Below, piece by piece: positions 52,919-64,000 of a stretch of 64,000 bases of DNA (position 1 is the first letter of the stretch; each line of letters opens with the position of its first letter). The translations under genes were made by a program, and so were the position numbers. This stretch comes from Paraspadella gotoi (taxonomy: Eukaryota > Animalia > Chaetognatha): the NCBI GenBank assembly GCA_051294375.1, contig CM119265.1, positions 28,851,167 through 28,915,166 on the forward strand, read 5' to 3'. The notes under the pieces are model-generated. The model made no database searches. It had not been told where the DNA came from and worked only from the letters and a program-made list of their open reading frames with translations.

Positions 52919-54610
52919 CTCCTCTCTCTATCTCTCTAAATCTGATTACACTAGTCTTTTTGTTTTATTTGTTTTTTTAATAACAATATCTTGTACAGTT
53001 ATTTCGCAGTAGAAAAAAAATAAAAATATAAAATATTAAAAATCCGATTCAGGTTTGCTTATATTTTTTTTTTTAAATTCTGTTTAATTAATTATAAAGC
53101 GTCTAATGTTAAATTTTTTATTTTTACTTGTCCAGTTTTAAACTGAATTTAACATTTAAATGTCATTCTCGTACTTTATCTTTTAAAATAAAATTATTCT
53201 TTTCGCGATCAAGGATTTTGATTTCATGGACTTTTGTTTTTAAAGATGGCGCTCGTTTCGTATGGGTCATTAAATGATTTTAAAAATACAATTCTTGTAC
53301 GGATATTTTTTATGATTATTATTATTATTAATTATTATTATTTATCTCAGTACAACCCAAATTTCTTCTCTCTCTCAAAAAATATTTTGTTATTTCGTAT
53401 TATTTCTTCCGTCTGTTGACGAAAAAAAAAAATCGTGCCAGTCAAATTTAAACAAAAATCATCGTTTAATTAAAACTAATGAATAATAAAAGTTAAGCTA
53501 AGTTTTCCTTAGGGCTGGCGCACATTTTAACTTACAAATGTTGGGGATTTTCGCTACGACATGAAAGTCATGAATAAAATTAATATTGAAAAATAAAACC
53601 CAAACGTAAAAACAGTCCTTTTAATTCAAGTACATCAACAGAATGATGAATTAGAAAAAAAAAAGTTAGAAAGCTCGTAGGTAAAAGTTAATTCATACTA
53701 TTTTGTACTATACGGAAATGATAAGGTTCTAGTTATAAGTCATTTTCGTTTCTTCTGGACGAGATATTGTACTACAGGACCGAGTACATGGTCAATGTAA
53801 ACGTCGAAGTTCGAGGCAATAGTCGGATGAAGTCGTTTATTGTAGAAACAAGACGAATCCAGAGAATCACGCCTAGGATTTAGAGATTAGAGGATTAAGG
53901 ATTAGAGTTAGAGGATTAGATTGGGGAAGGATTAATGAAGCGTGAAAACTCATGCGTTCAAGCAAATAAGAGCAAAGTAAAAGTTTGAAATGATACAATT
54001 GTCAATTGAGCACCCCAAATGTAAACACATGATCCGATCAGAATAACGGAAACGGATATAAAATTAAACCAGATGGGTGAGGAGTCTTTAGTCATTATCT
54101 TGTTAAGAGTGGATGGAGGCCTTAAAACCAACAAAGGATGTCCAAGTTAGGGACAAGATAGCTTATTTATGTGAATGAATGGATAATATTTATATTCGTT
54201 TGTACAAATTTCAAAGATACAAATTTGAGAATTAAGATTCAACGCGAACCAAGACACTTATTTTTTTAAAAGTGGTCGCACTTAATTCCGCGATTCGTTT
54301 TCAAATGAGACCCTCAACTTTAGTCGGGAATTGCAAACAAAACCCTTAAGACCCGTTCCATGGCTGCTGAGGGGTTAAAGAAAGTTGCGGATCGCACTCT
54401 TCAGCCCAAAGCAAACAATCCGAAATCGGGCGATTTAGTCCACCACGTGAATTTGCGTAGCCCTCTTATCTTTTTCGACCTTGCGGCGTTTTGGGTCCAA
54501 GCGAAAAACTCATGGAGCGAAGAGGCGACGCTGATCAGAAATTGAAAATTCGAGCCGAAATGTAGCAGTTGCGATTCAGGGGCTCGGAGGTGAATTTGAT
54601 GATAGAGAAC

Positions 54611-54690
<80 letters not shown>

Positions 54691-54952
54691 ACGAATTCTT
54701 TTAATAGTCCTAATCCTTCAATGTAACATATGCAATATCTAACAAAACAAAACATCTGGACTCAAATAACTAAGAGTAAGAATCGAATATTCCCCAGCCA
54801 TAACAATCAATACCAATCATTACCAATCCATTGAACTATCTCTTCTCTCACCAATCACCCAGCTCACCATGTTTATCTGCGACTTTTTCCGAAACGAGGA
54901 TAAAACTTCCCTTTCTTTTGTCCCAATGACCGAATGATCTCCCAACGACTTC

Positions 54953-55190
54953 TCTTTTGTTCGTTAGATGTGTTAACGGTTTCGTTCTTTTGTTCGTTAG
55001 TGGTTTCTATTGTTCGTTTAGTCGCGTTGTGCTTTTTGTTCATTAGTTGCTTCGTTCTTTGTTCGTTAGTGGTTTTCTCATTTTTGTTCATTTTGTCGCT
55101 TTGTGCTTTGTTTCGTTAGTTTGGCTTTGTTCTTTTGTCGTTAGTGGTTTCTCATTTTGTTCCTAGTTGCTTTGTGCTTTTGTTCGTAAA
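54953..55190 (+). repeat. Degenerate T-rich minisatellite (TTTTGTTCGTTAGT core)
   Basis: Core recurs every ~22-30 bp; gttagtggttt recurs at ~70-bp spacing, suggesting a higher-order unit. Confidence 0.75.
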
Positions 55191-55714
55191 TTGGCTTTCT
55201 TTTTTCTTCATTGATTTTAGATTCTTTCTTTTCGACGTCGAATTTTCAAAAGATTGTGAAATTTTCTTCTTTGAATTCGAATTTCTCGTCGTCGTCGTTT
55301 TTGGAGTCGGTGAAATTCTCCTGTCGAATTAAGGGAGAGAGTAAAAGTTAAACAAAGTAAAAGTAAAGTGGAGAGAAGAAGTAAAAGAGAACAATTAAAA
55401 AGGGGAGAGGAGGAAGTAAAAAGAGAACAAAGTAAAGGGGAGAGAGTAAGTAAAGAGAACAATGTTAAAAGGAGAGAGAGGAACGTAAATAATAATTATT
55501 TTATATAATAAGGGATTCCCAGTTAATTTTTATTTTAATGGTTTGTAAATGAATTTTAATTAATTTAAGTAATTAATGAGTTATTAAATTAAAAATGATT
55601 TTCTTTTTTTTAAAAGATTCGTTTTTTACTGAAGTGAATTTTGGATGACCATGTAAAGAAAGGTTTACATAAGTAATATAAATATTATTTTATTGAAATT
55701 AATTTTAATAAAAC

Positions 55715-55800
55715 GTCCAGCATTATTTGGGTCGCTCGCAAACGGATACGGGGGTACTTTAGCTCAAACAGCAACCGAGACCGAACACTTCAAACCTCCA
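55715..55800 (-). CDS. Probable hyaluronidase-like exon F
   Basis: ttttttaaAG acceptor; GC-richer island. One frame reads GGLKCSVSVAV*AKVPPYPFAS (one in-frame stop, possibly an indel artefact), resembling the '..A......LPVY.F' segment of GH56. Confidence 0.4.
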
Positions 55801-55932
55801 CTTTAAAAAATTGCTGCAACGAAATTTAGTTAGGACAACAATAGTTATTTTAAAATAAAGGTTTATTCAATAAAGAAAACAAAAGAGCTACTGAAGCAAA
55901 AAAGGAATTAAAAAAACAAACAAAATACTAAC

Positions 55933-56059
55933 GCGAACTACGGAAGTGAATTGCTGGCGAATCGTTGATAAACCGCAGCGAAAATAAGCGTCATTGGGAT
56001 TTCCACATCACGAATGTTCGTTTCGTTGGTGAGATGGGCGATTTTGTTGCATCGTTTTC
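55933..56059 (-). CDS. Hyaluronidase-like (GH56) exon E
   Basis: ttttcAG acceptor and GTTAGT donor. Corrected translation KRCNKIAHLTNERTFVMWKSQDAYFAAVYQRFASNS fits the GH56 pattern C......ND.L.WLW..S.AL.PS.Y. Confidence 0.75.
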
Positions 56060-56087
56060 CTGAAAATAAATTAGTTAAATGGAATTA

Positions 56088-56378
56088 CAGGGGCAAGATA
56101 GCTGTATTTAATAAATAAATGAATAATTTTCATATTTCGTTGTACCAATTCATGGAAATTCATTCCTTGTATTTTGATGCTAATTTGGAGAACGATTATA
56201 GTGTATCCCTGATCTAATACTTAAAATAGTGGATATTTTTTCATACAATTGAACTGCTATTGATTTTATCTTTTTGATAGGGACGAGGCCTCTAAACACC
56301 TTTCTCGTCCAAGTCAAGAGCAAGAGATAGCTTATTTATTCAGTGAATGATAATTATTATTATGGTTGCACCAAATCA
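56088..56378 (+). repeat. Dispersed repeat family (CCAAGTCAGGGGCAAGATAGCTTATTTATT...TTGTACCA core), partial tandem dimer with ~230-bp period
   Basis: Related copies at ~35170-35425, its inverted twin ~37355-37600, and ~54095-54210. Confidence 0.75.
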
Positions 56379-56478
56379 TTTACATATTGCAATTTCCCTT
56401 TCATTTATTAAGATATGAAACAGTTAAATTTTCATATTAGTTGATCTAATTTCATTGATCTAATACTACTTTTATTAC

Positions 56479-56614
56479 TGATAGCAAATCGGGTTAGTTG
56501 ATAATAGCCCCATTTGGCTTTTGGCCTCATCTTCTTGCATTGTATTAAAGTCTCCTTTAACCAATTGTTGGCCGCTCTTTTTCCCATTCTGCTGCTGCCA
56601 GCCACTCGGATGCG
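56479..56614 (-). CDS. Hyaluronidase-like (GH56) exon D
   Basis: ORF 56432..56734 contains AANNWLKETLIQCKKMRPKAKWGYYQL. With indel correction: EWLAAAEWEKAANNWLKETLIQCKKMRPKAKWGYYQLPDCY, matching the GH56 pattern EFE.AA..FM.ETL......RP...WGYY.FPDCY. Confidence 0.9.
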
Positions 56615-56683
56615 CTTAGAAAATATACAAAATTTATTAAATGACAGGTTCAGAAAAAGCTTCACTATATGCAAAAGAATCAC

Positions 56684-56740
56684 CAGGTTTATCTGCGTAT
56701 TTTCGATGTTTTTATTGCAGTTCTTGAGAGCCAAAACTTT
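56684..56740 (-). CDS. Hyaluronidase-like (GH56) exon C (short)
   Basis: ccttttAG acceptor and GTGATT donor. Position and partial translation (..SQEL..KHRKYADKP) fit the variable S.EL....H segment between the WRP and A..EWE motifs. Reading frame is disturbed by indels. Confidence 0.5.
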
Positions 56741-57067
56741 CTAAAAGGAAAGGGAAAGAGGTGATTTAAAATAAGTGAAAATTAAAAAAGCAAACAAAAC
56801 GCAAATAACTTTCCTTGCGATTTTCTGACTCTTTTTTTTTCCTTTTTGATATTTAGCTACAAAAACCTCCACAGAATACCTTTTTAAATATTTTTATTCT
56901 TCTGCATTCTAAATCTTTCGCCTTGAATCTCTTTTAAATCCCTGCCTACAAAATCAACCCTTTTAAATCTACTTCCAATCCCCATCTTTTCAAATCAAAC
57001 CCTTTCTTTCTTAAATCCACTTCCTGTTAAATCGCCTTCCCTTTCCACAAAATGCCCTTCTTAGAAC

Positions 57068-57233
57068 CTGGTATGGCCATACTTCTTCCCCTCGTCCTCC
57101 CACATGGCCACCCACTTTGGCCTCCACTTCTCCAGGTCCAGCGATGGCCAGACCGTCGACACTCCTCGTCCGGAATGAAGGATCTTCACGTCGGCAGCGG
57201 AGTTTGATCACGTGATCGACTCCAGTTGCCCAA
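57068..57233 (-). CDS. Hyaluronidase-like (GH56) exon B, catalytic D-x-E exon
   Basis: AG|TTG ... AG|GT boundaries; joins exon A as GGIPQ|LGN. The indel-corrected translation LGNWSDHVIKLRADVKIFIPDEEFDGLAILDLEKWRPKWVAMWEDEGKK matches the GH56 pattern LGNL..H......I...IPD..F.GL.VIDWE.WRP.W. LDLEKWRPKWVAMW is readable without correction. Confidence 0.88.
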
Positions 57234-58134
57234 CTTGAGATTAGACCCAAACGTCGTCAATGGGGGTGGGTCAGAAGTTTGATTTGGGAACCTTTCCAAA
57301 TGAAACTACATACATTTTCTGAGAAAACTTTCAATGGAGCCAAAATTTTCTAAAATGGCTAAAAGCATTAGTAATTAATTTTTTAATATTTATTTTATAG
57401 CTAGGAAATGTTCAAAATTTTTTTTTGAAATTTTTATTTTTAAAAGCAGATTCAATAGCTTGTATGAAAAGTTATCTACACAAAGGTATAATTCTTTTTT
57501 CAATATTTTTAATGATTAAGTGTGTTAAAATTGGGAAAAAACTTTATAAAAAATCATTCATCATCATCATTCATCCGATGATGTTTAACAGTTATATACT
57601 AATTTTTAGTAATAAAACATCAAAAATTTTAAAAGCTTTGTAATTATATTTTTGCTTAACTTTTTAAGCTCTATCAGAATCAATTAAAAAAACTTTAAAA
57701 TATCCAAAAAATTTTTTTGACATTATATAGCGATATATAATAATATTAAATTAGCGAGATTACTTTATGGTTCTGAACATTTTGAAATAAATTATTTTAA
57801 TACAATAATTAATACCAATAATGGATTAGTTTTAATGCTGTTCCCATTAAAACTTGAATTGGCGGCTACCGCTTACTTGAGAGGGAGGAAGAAAAGGGGT
57901 AACCTTATTTTCTAGAACTCCCCATATTTATCCTTAATTATGCGATAAAAGTTTTAGGGTTCAGGATCAGAGTAGTGTAGGGATTAAGTGTTAAAGATTG
58001 ATCATTAAGTTTAAGAATTATATTTAAATTAAAATATTAGATATTAAAATTATTTTTTTGGGAAAAACCAATATGAAATGGTGGCGCACCTTCTCGAAAA
58101 AATAGAGCAGAAATATGGGAGGAGGAGGCGGATG

Positions 58135-58355
58135 GAAATGAATGATTAAGAAGATAAAGGAAATGATTGAATTAAAGAATAAATGATATGAATGACTCAT
58201 TGAATGCATTGACATTAGAATGAATGGAAGATATGACGGACATATGAATGAATGATATGAATGAAATGGAATACATAAATGAATGAATGAAATGAATGCA
58301 TTAAAATGAGATGAATGATATGAATGGAAATGAATGAATGAATGAATGAATGAGT
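58135..58355 (+). repeat. Degenerate (GAAT)n simple repeat in the hyaluronidase intron
   Basis: Direct inspection. Confidence 0.85.
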
Positions 58356-58416
58356 GATAGAAATGATAAATCATAAATAAGTAAACTAATTGCATAAATG
58401 AGAGAGAGTGATTCAC

Positions 58417-58613
58417 CTGCGGGATTCCCCCATAAAAAACATAGGAATCAGTCAGCCTACTCGTAGTTAAGGATTTTTCCCGAATTCGTTTCCTAAAGAA
58501 TAACGATTCGCGATCTCCTTTGAAGTTTCCCCCGAATTGGCTGTTTCATCGACCATTTGGCAGAAACGTTGAGAAATAGCCGACAATTTGCTTGGTCTTG
58601 GGAAAGTTTAGGC
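58417..58613 (-). CDS. Hyaluronidase-like (GH56) exon A, N-terminal barrel region
   Basis: Acceptor ctaatAG and donor CAG|GTGAAT on the minus strand. The 3' end reads SYVFYGGIPQ directly. After removing a few single-base indels the rest reads ~LNFP..NCRLFLNVSAKWSM..NSGENFKGDRIVIL.ENEFGKNP.Y, matching the GH56 pattern WN.PT..C / N....F.G..I.IFY...LG.YP / NGGIPQ. Confidence 0.85.
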
Positions 58614-61600
58614 CTATTAGGCTAGCGTAGGGGTCAGAGATCAAATTGAGATAAGAGTTATGGTTGTTGTTTGTTAGTTGTTTGTTCGTAATTGTTGTTC
58701 ATGTATTTCTACTTGCCCTGTGTAGTCGTTAAAAGAGCGTCACTATTGATCTACGAACTCAAACGTTTGTCGAGATCCCTAAATTCTTATTTGGCATGTT
58801 GCAGTTAATCATAGCATGGACTGAAATTTATTTAGAAATGGAATGTTCTTTTCGTCGGATAATTCATTGATCATTTTTTTTTATTTTTCGTTACATTTGG
58901 AAAATCTGTACAAATGCAGTAGCTTTAGTTCTTATTGATTTTATGTATAGTATAAAATAATCTTGAACAGTAATCGTTGAAAGAGGACAAATTCCACAGC
59001 GTCCACAAATATTAATCATTTGTTGTGATAAGTATAATTAGTCCATGTGCGGTTGTGATTATGCTACTTTGTTTGTACATGCAGGTGTTTATGTCAGTTT
59101 GAAGTTCAATGTCATTCTATCCTTGTATGATTCTGAATTATGTGTCGGATTGGTGCGATGGTAATATATTTTTTAGATAAAGAAAGAAGTTATCGTGATG
59201 GTCTTTAGGATTATCTAAGCCTTTGTTATTAACGACTTATAACAGTTTTATTTTTACGTAAAAAAAAAATAGTTATACCATTACTGATACGCGGCGTTCC
59301 AGTTTTTATCTGTTATTGATAACTTACTGGTGTTGTGATTGTCAATTGTGATAATATCTCTTTTGTTAGGTTAATGAGAATAAATATAAAGAATCGAATG
59401 GTTCGTATACTGCGTGCAAAAAAAAAGACACTTCTTTTCACACGAAAAAAAACTATATTGGATGGATGAATTTTAACTGCAGATATAAAAAACATTATAA
59501 AACATGAAAGGATTAAAGTGATTTGATCCAGGTCCCATTAAAATGCGTCGCAAGCGGCCGAAAAGTGATAGGACTCAAAAGCTCGACGTTGTACAAACAT
59601 CTGACGAGAATAAAAATTTTAATCGCGAAAGAATGCTGCTGACTTTTTCTTATTATATGATTTATGAGATATGAAATTAGCTGAACAAATCAAGCATCAA
59701 AGATCTGTAGATATGTGTCGCGAACGGATTGTCAACGCCGTAAATAAAATTAAAATAAGTAGAGAAAACTATATATAGATAAACAATCTGTGTTGAAAGA
59801 ATAAGAGAAAAAGAGTATAAGGCTTACCGCGAGGTTGAAATTGCAGCTTTTTTTGCATGCGAAAGGTTTTTTTTCCGTCTATGCGATCGTGGCGTGTTAG
59901 AAGCAGAGCGTAAGGTTAAACTGCTGTACAATTATATTAAAAAGTGTATTTTTAGTATCTTAGTGGATGAGAAATTTATTTGATTTTGAACAATTTTAAA
60001 AAAAAATGATTGTTTCAATTTTATTATTAAAAATGCCATATTTTGGCAGCAAGTAAACAATATTTTTAAAAAAAAGTAATATAAATTTTTTCCATCTCTT
60101 TATATGTTTAATTCCATTATGATTTTGTTAAAATTCTATATGGTAAACATCAGTCAGAAAAAGAAGCTCAGCAAAAACTTAACCTTTGGAAATTACTTTT
60201 CCCCAATTTACATTTTTAAGACTCTGGAATTTAAAGTCTTGCTATATTGTCTACTTCTAAACCAATTCAAATGTTTCGCACAATCCATACTTAAAAGAGA
60301 TATACTTTTGCAAGATATTTTCTCAAAAGTTAAGAAGAAATAGTGGTGTTATTAGAAGCTACGTGTGGTGTTCTTGTCTTTTTTTCTTTTGTTTGCGCCA
60401 CGGGAGTGTGAGTATTTCGTCTATCAGTGGATTTAACTGGTTGCTAGCTGCGGTTCAGTTTGTCATGTTCATTCGCCGGTCATCATGCGTGCGTCGTCGG
60501 TAGTGCGGTCGTGCATCGTCATGCGTCGTCTCGGTCGTGCATGTTTCGTCGGTCTCTTAACCGGAAGAACGTTCCAATAAACTTTAAAGGAAAAGATGTT
60601 GACGTGATTTGATGGACGATGAATGCATGGAGTGAGTGATGAGCCCATAAAAGTTGAAGTTAAAAGTTTTGTCATTAGTACTTATTATTTTGTTTTTGTT
60701 TGTTTATTTTCATACTTTCAGAATTTTTACTGTTCATTTATTATTCTTATTCTTGGGTTTGGTTTTCAATCCGACATGAGAAATAAAATAAAACTTTATA
60801 ATTGCAAAACGAATTGGTTATTTACATCGAGTGTGTGAAAAGTCTCAAACTGGGAAAAAATCATCGATCGATAAAAAATTCATGTTTTTTTATTTCTTTT
60901 TTTTTTCAATATTTTAATTGATAGTAGGAGGATGCCTCATCTCGTCGTCGTTGTCGTCGTCGTTCGTCGCGTTCGTCGTAAAAAAAACTCGGTGAATTCG
61001 ATTTTTCACCTCAAAATTCACGATTTTTTTTTCTGTGTGAAAAAATCGAACATAAATTTAACGGAATCATGTTTAACCCTAGAATTTCATTCACTACTGG
61101 CAGTTTTAAGAGTTTGAGCCAATGATCGTTTTATTTTTTAAAAACCCCCCTTTTTAGCTTAAATTCAGAACTTGTTAGTTGCATAAAGGGTGATGTATTA
61201 GTGTTTAGAGTGAGATAAGGAGTTTGGCGATTAGCGTAATGATTTAATTAATTTGAGTAATTGGATAAAAGATAAAAGATTAAGGTTGAATCAGACAATG
61301 GATAACAAACAAAATCTGGCGCCTTTCGGATAATAGGGGTTTTTTTTCATGGAAAAGCGGAAGTGAGAAAGATTTATCGCTAGAAATGAAAATGATTTAT
61401 TTTCGTTATCTTTAATAATTCCAAATCAAAAAGATGGAAATACAGGGCGGCCTGTATATTAATAGTATTTTTAAATAATTACTAAGAAGGCAAGGAGTGT
61501 AAACAAAAATGGTAAAATGCAAAATACAGAATTTGAGAGAGACAGAGGGAGGAAAAAAGAATACCGATGAGAGAAGAGAGAGAGCGATGCCGGAAGAGAA

Positions 61601-62693
61601 GAGATGAGAGAGGAGAAGAGAGAGAGGGAGAGATAATAAAAGAAGAGAAAGATGACGCTTTTAACTGAACTCGTATGTGAGGACTTTATTCCCTAGCGTC
61701 GCAGTGTTCGCTTAGTGTATCTAATTTGTAACATTATTATGATTAGTGTGGTTGTATATAGCTCTCTCGTTGGCGAATATTGTCGAGTTGGAGTTGTTAA
61801 GACGCGCCTCAAAGTTTGAGAGAGACAACGGCGCGAGTAGAATCAACAACGCGGCGCGATTAAGTGAGAGTTTTTTTGCGTATGTAAATGGTAGAAGAAA
61901 AATTTTGTCGTAAAAAATGAATTAAGTGTTGAGGGAAGCATAATTGATAAAAAAAAAAGAAGAGAGTACAATTGCTTTGATCTATGAATAATTATATTTA
62001 AAGATCCCTAGCAATAACTGTTTTCTTCTGGCTTTTGATTTTGGTCAAAACATTATTATTACTATTTATCGATTGGATTAAATAAAAATGGACGATCGGA
62101 AAACTTGGAGTCTCCTTTTCGCGGCAGAAAAGGTAAAATTTCTTTAACGCATTTGTTATTTTTTGACCAGAATCATTTCTGAGTGCAATTACCATGATCT
62201 GGAAAAGAAAATTGTCGCGGTTTGGAAAAAGTGGTTAATTTCATTAATCAAATATATTTTTTGGCCGAAAAATAGTGTTTTTAAATGTTAATACTGACCT
62301 CTTAGGAATGAATTAAAAATATTATTTTATCAACAGCATAAATTTATTTAATGCATTCCAAAATACTACTAAAAGAGGTGTCTCCAACTGTTTCACCTCT
62401 TTTTGATCAAGAGCCTATTGATAGTTATTATTAATATTTGGGTATCTGCTGACAGTGAATAGCTTTTGTATAGATTGTATGCAAAAGAATGCCTTGGCAA
62501 TCAGGTGAAAAAAATGATAAGTAACCAGCTTGGAGGTTGTTGCTGCAGTGATGTGATGGAGCACTGTCTTTCGATTCAATAGAAGAGTCTGATGTTTTTG
62601 TTTGAGCTTGTTTGAGTAGAAGTGGTTATGAAATACAGTCAGGAGGGTAAATGAAATTCGATAATTTTGCTCATAGAAGAGTCTCTCGTCTTT

Positions 62694-64000
62694 TTCCATA
62701 ACAGGTCCTCCGCATTCAGAGTCCCGCCACCAGAGAGTTTCGGTTCTAATTAGCGAAGATGCCATCCGTAGCGCAGAAATCGAAGTCTAGACAAAAGACA
62801 CTGGAACCAAATCCTTTGGCAGCGCCCCCTACTCTCCTCTGTCATAATCACTTTAGAATGAGACCATAAAAACTAAATCGTCTGTTACTTTGAATCAGGA
62901 GAGAGAGAGAGANNNNNNNNNNNNNNNNNNNNNNNNNNNNNNNNNNNNNNNNNNNNNNNNNNNNNNNNNNNNNNNNNNNNNNNNNNNNNNNNNNNNNNNN
63001 NNNNNNNNNNNNNNNNNNNNNNNNNNNNNNNNNNNNNNNNNNNNNNNNNNNNNNNNNNNNNNNNNNNNNNNNNNNNNNNNNNNNNNNNNNNNNNNNNNNN
63101 NNNCTCTCTCTCTCTCTCCCCCCTCTCTCTCTCTCCCTCTCTTTTTCTTTTTTCGTCTCCTCTTTCCTCTTTCCTCCCTCCTTCCTCCCTTCCTCCTCCC
63201 ANNNNNNNNNNNNNNNNNNNNNNNNNNNNNNNNNNNNNNNNNNNNNNNNNNNNNNNNNNNNNNNNNNNNNNNNNNNNNNNNNNNNNNNNNNNNNNNNNNN
63301 NNNNNNNNNNNNNNNNNNNNNNNNNNNNNNNNNNNNNNNNNNNNAAGAATAAACAGAGAAGAAAGAGAGAGGTGTTGAAGTAAGAGAAAACACAGATGAG
63401 AGAAGTAGATGTGTTTGTTTGTTCTGGCGAAAGAAAAGCNNNNNNNNNNCACTTAATGATGATGTCAAAAAGATTTGAGTGTGGAGGAGAGACGTCGCCA
63501 GAGGGAGGAAGGGAGAGAGAGGGAGAAAGGGAGGGAGAGGGAGAAAGGGAGGGAATACGTAGGGAGAAAAGGGGGCAGAGAGAGAAAGAGAGGGTATGGA
63601 AGAAAGGGGAGGGAGAGGGAGTGAGAAAGAAAGTGTGATTCATCGACAAAGGGAGAAAGGGAGAGAGGGAGGGAGGAAGCAGACAAATAAAGACAGGGAG
63701 AGGAAGAAGGGGAGGAAATACATCGTCAGTGAGATGGAAAAAGGGAGAGAGAGGGAGACAAACCGCAACAAGATGAGAAGGAGGAAATCTTGACTTAATT
63801 TAGGAGGAAACTAAGTTCTTCCTGCAATGGAAAGAGTTGCAGAAAAGTTTAAGAAAAGGTCAAAAGCCCAATCAAGAGACTTTGGGCCAAGGCCAATCAG
63901 TTTGTTCTCCAAGGGCTAAGGCAAATAAACAAGAACCGAAATTCCAATGTTGTGTTACGCCGAAGTGACTTTCTTATCTTAAAACCGAAAGGTAGCGCTA
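62694..64000 (-). repeat. Third partial, order-scrambled copy of the inverted-duplication sequence
   Basis: 62694-63439 matches ~42440-43230. After a 10-N gap, 63450-64000 matches ~41795-42315. Same orientation as the right arm. Confidence 0.93.

Noticed and set aside
55715-58613. Calling the GH56 locus a pseudogene
   Set aside because: The disruptions are mostly single-base insertions of the kind seen throughout the long-read-like segments, while catalytic residues and splice sites are preserved.
62415-62765. 116-aa minus-strand ORF
   Set aside because: It spans the junction between duplicated and unique sequence at ~62694 and has no recognisable motif; likely fortuitous.

Overview
Eukaryotic, AT-rich, (CT/GA)n-microsatellite-dense genomic scaffold with spliceosomal introns, probably from an invertebrate animal (the organism cannot be determined). 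Almost all ORFs in the supplied track are translations of simple repeats. Coding signal I can support: (1) a minus-strand multi-exon hyaluronidase/chondroitinase-like gene (glycoside hydrolase family 56) at ~55.7-58.6 kb, mostly missed by the ORF track because of single-base indels; (2) a collagen-like Gly-X-Y exon present twice in opposite orientations (~35.56 kb and ~37.2 kb); (3) a candidate three-exon plus-strand gene of unknown function at 49.8-51.7 kb. Redundancy dominates the architecture: a direct duplication with an 11,487-bp offset (~0.8-23.5 kb), a ~25-kb inverted duplication centred near 36.4 kb, and a third scrambled partial copy at 62.7-64 kb. Exact 25-N gaps and indel-dominated differences suggest much of this is long-read gap-filling or haplotype redundancy. 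However, one arm carries a 911-bp TTAA-flanked MITE that the other lacks, so the arms are not two readings of one molecule. I found no rRNA, tRNA, CRISPR array or convincing novel system; the best leads are listed under findings. All alignments and translations were done by eye.
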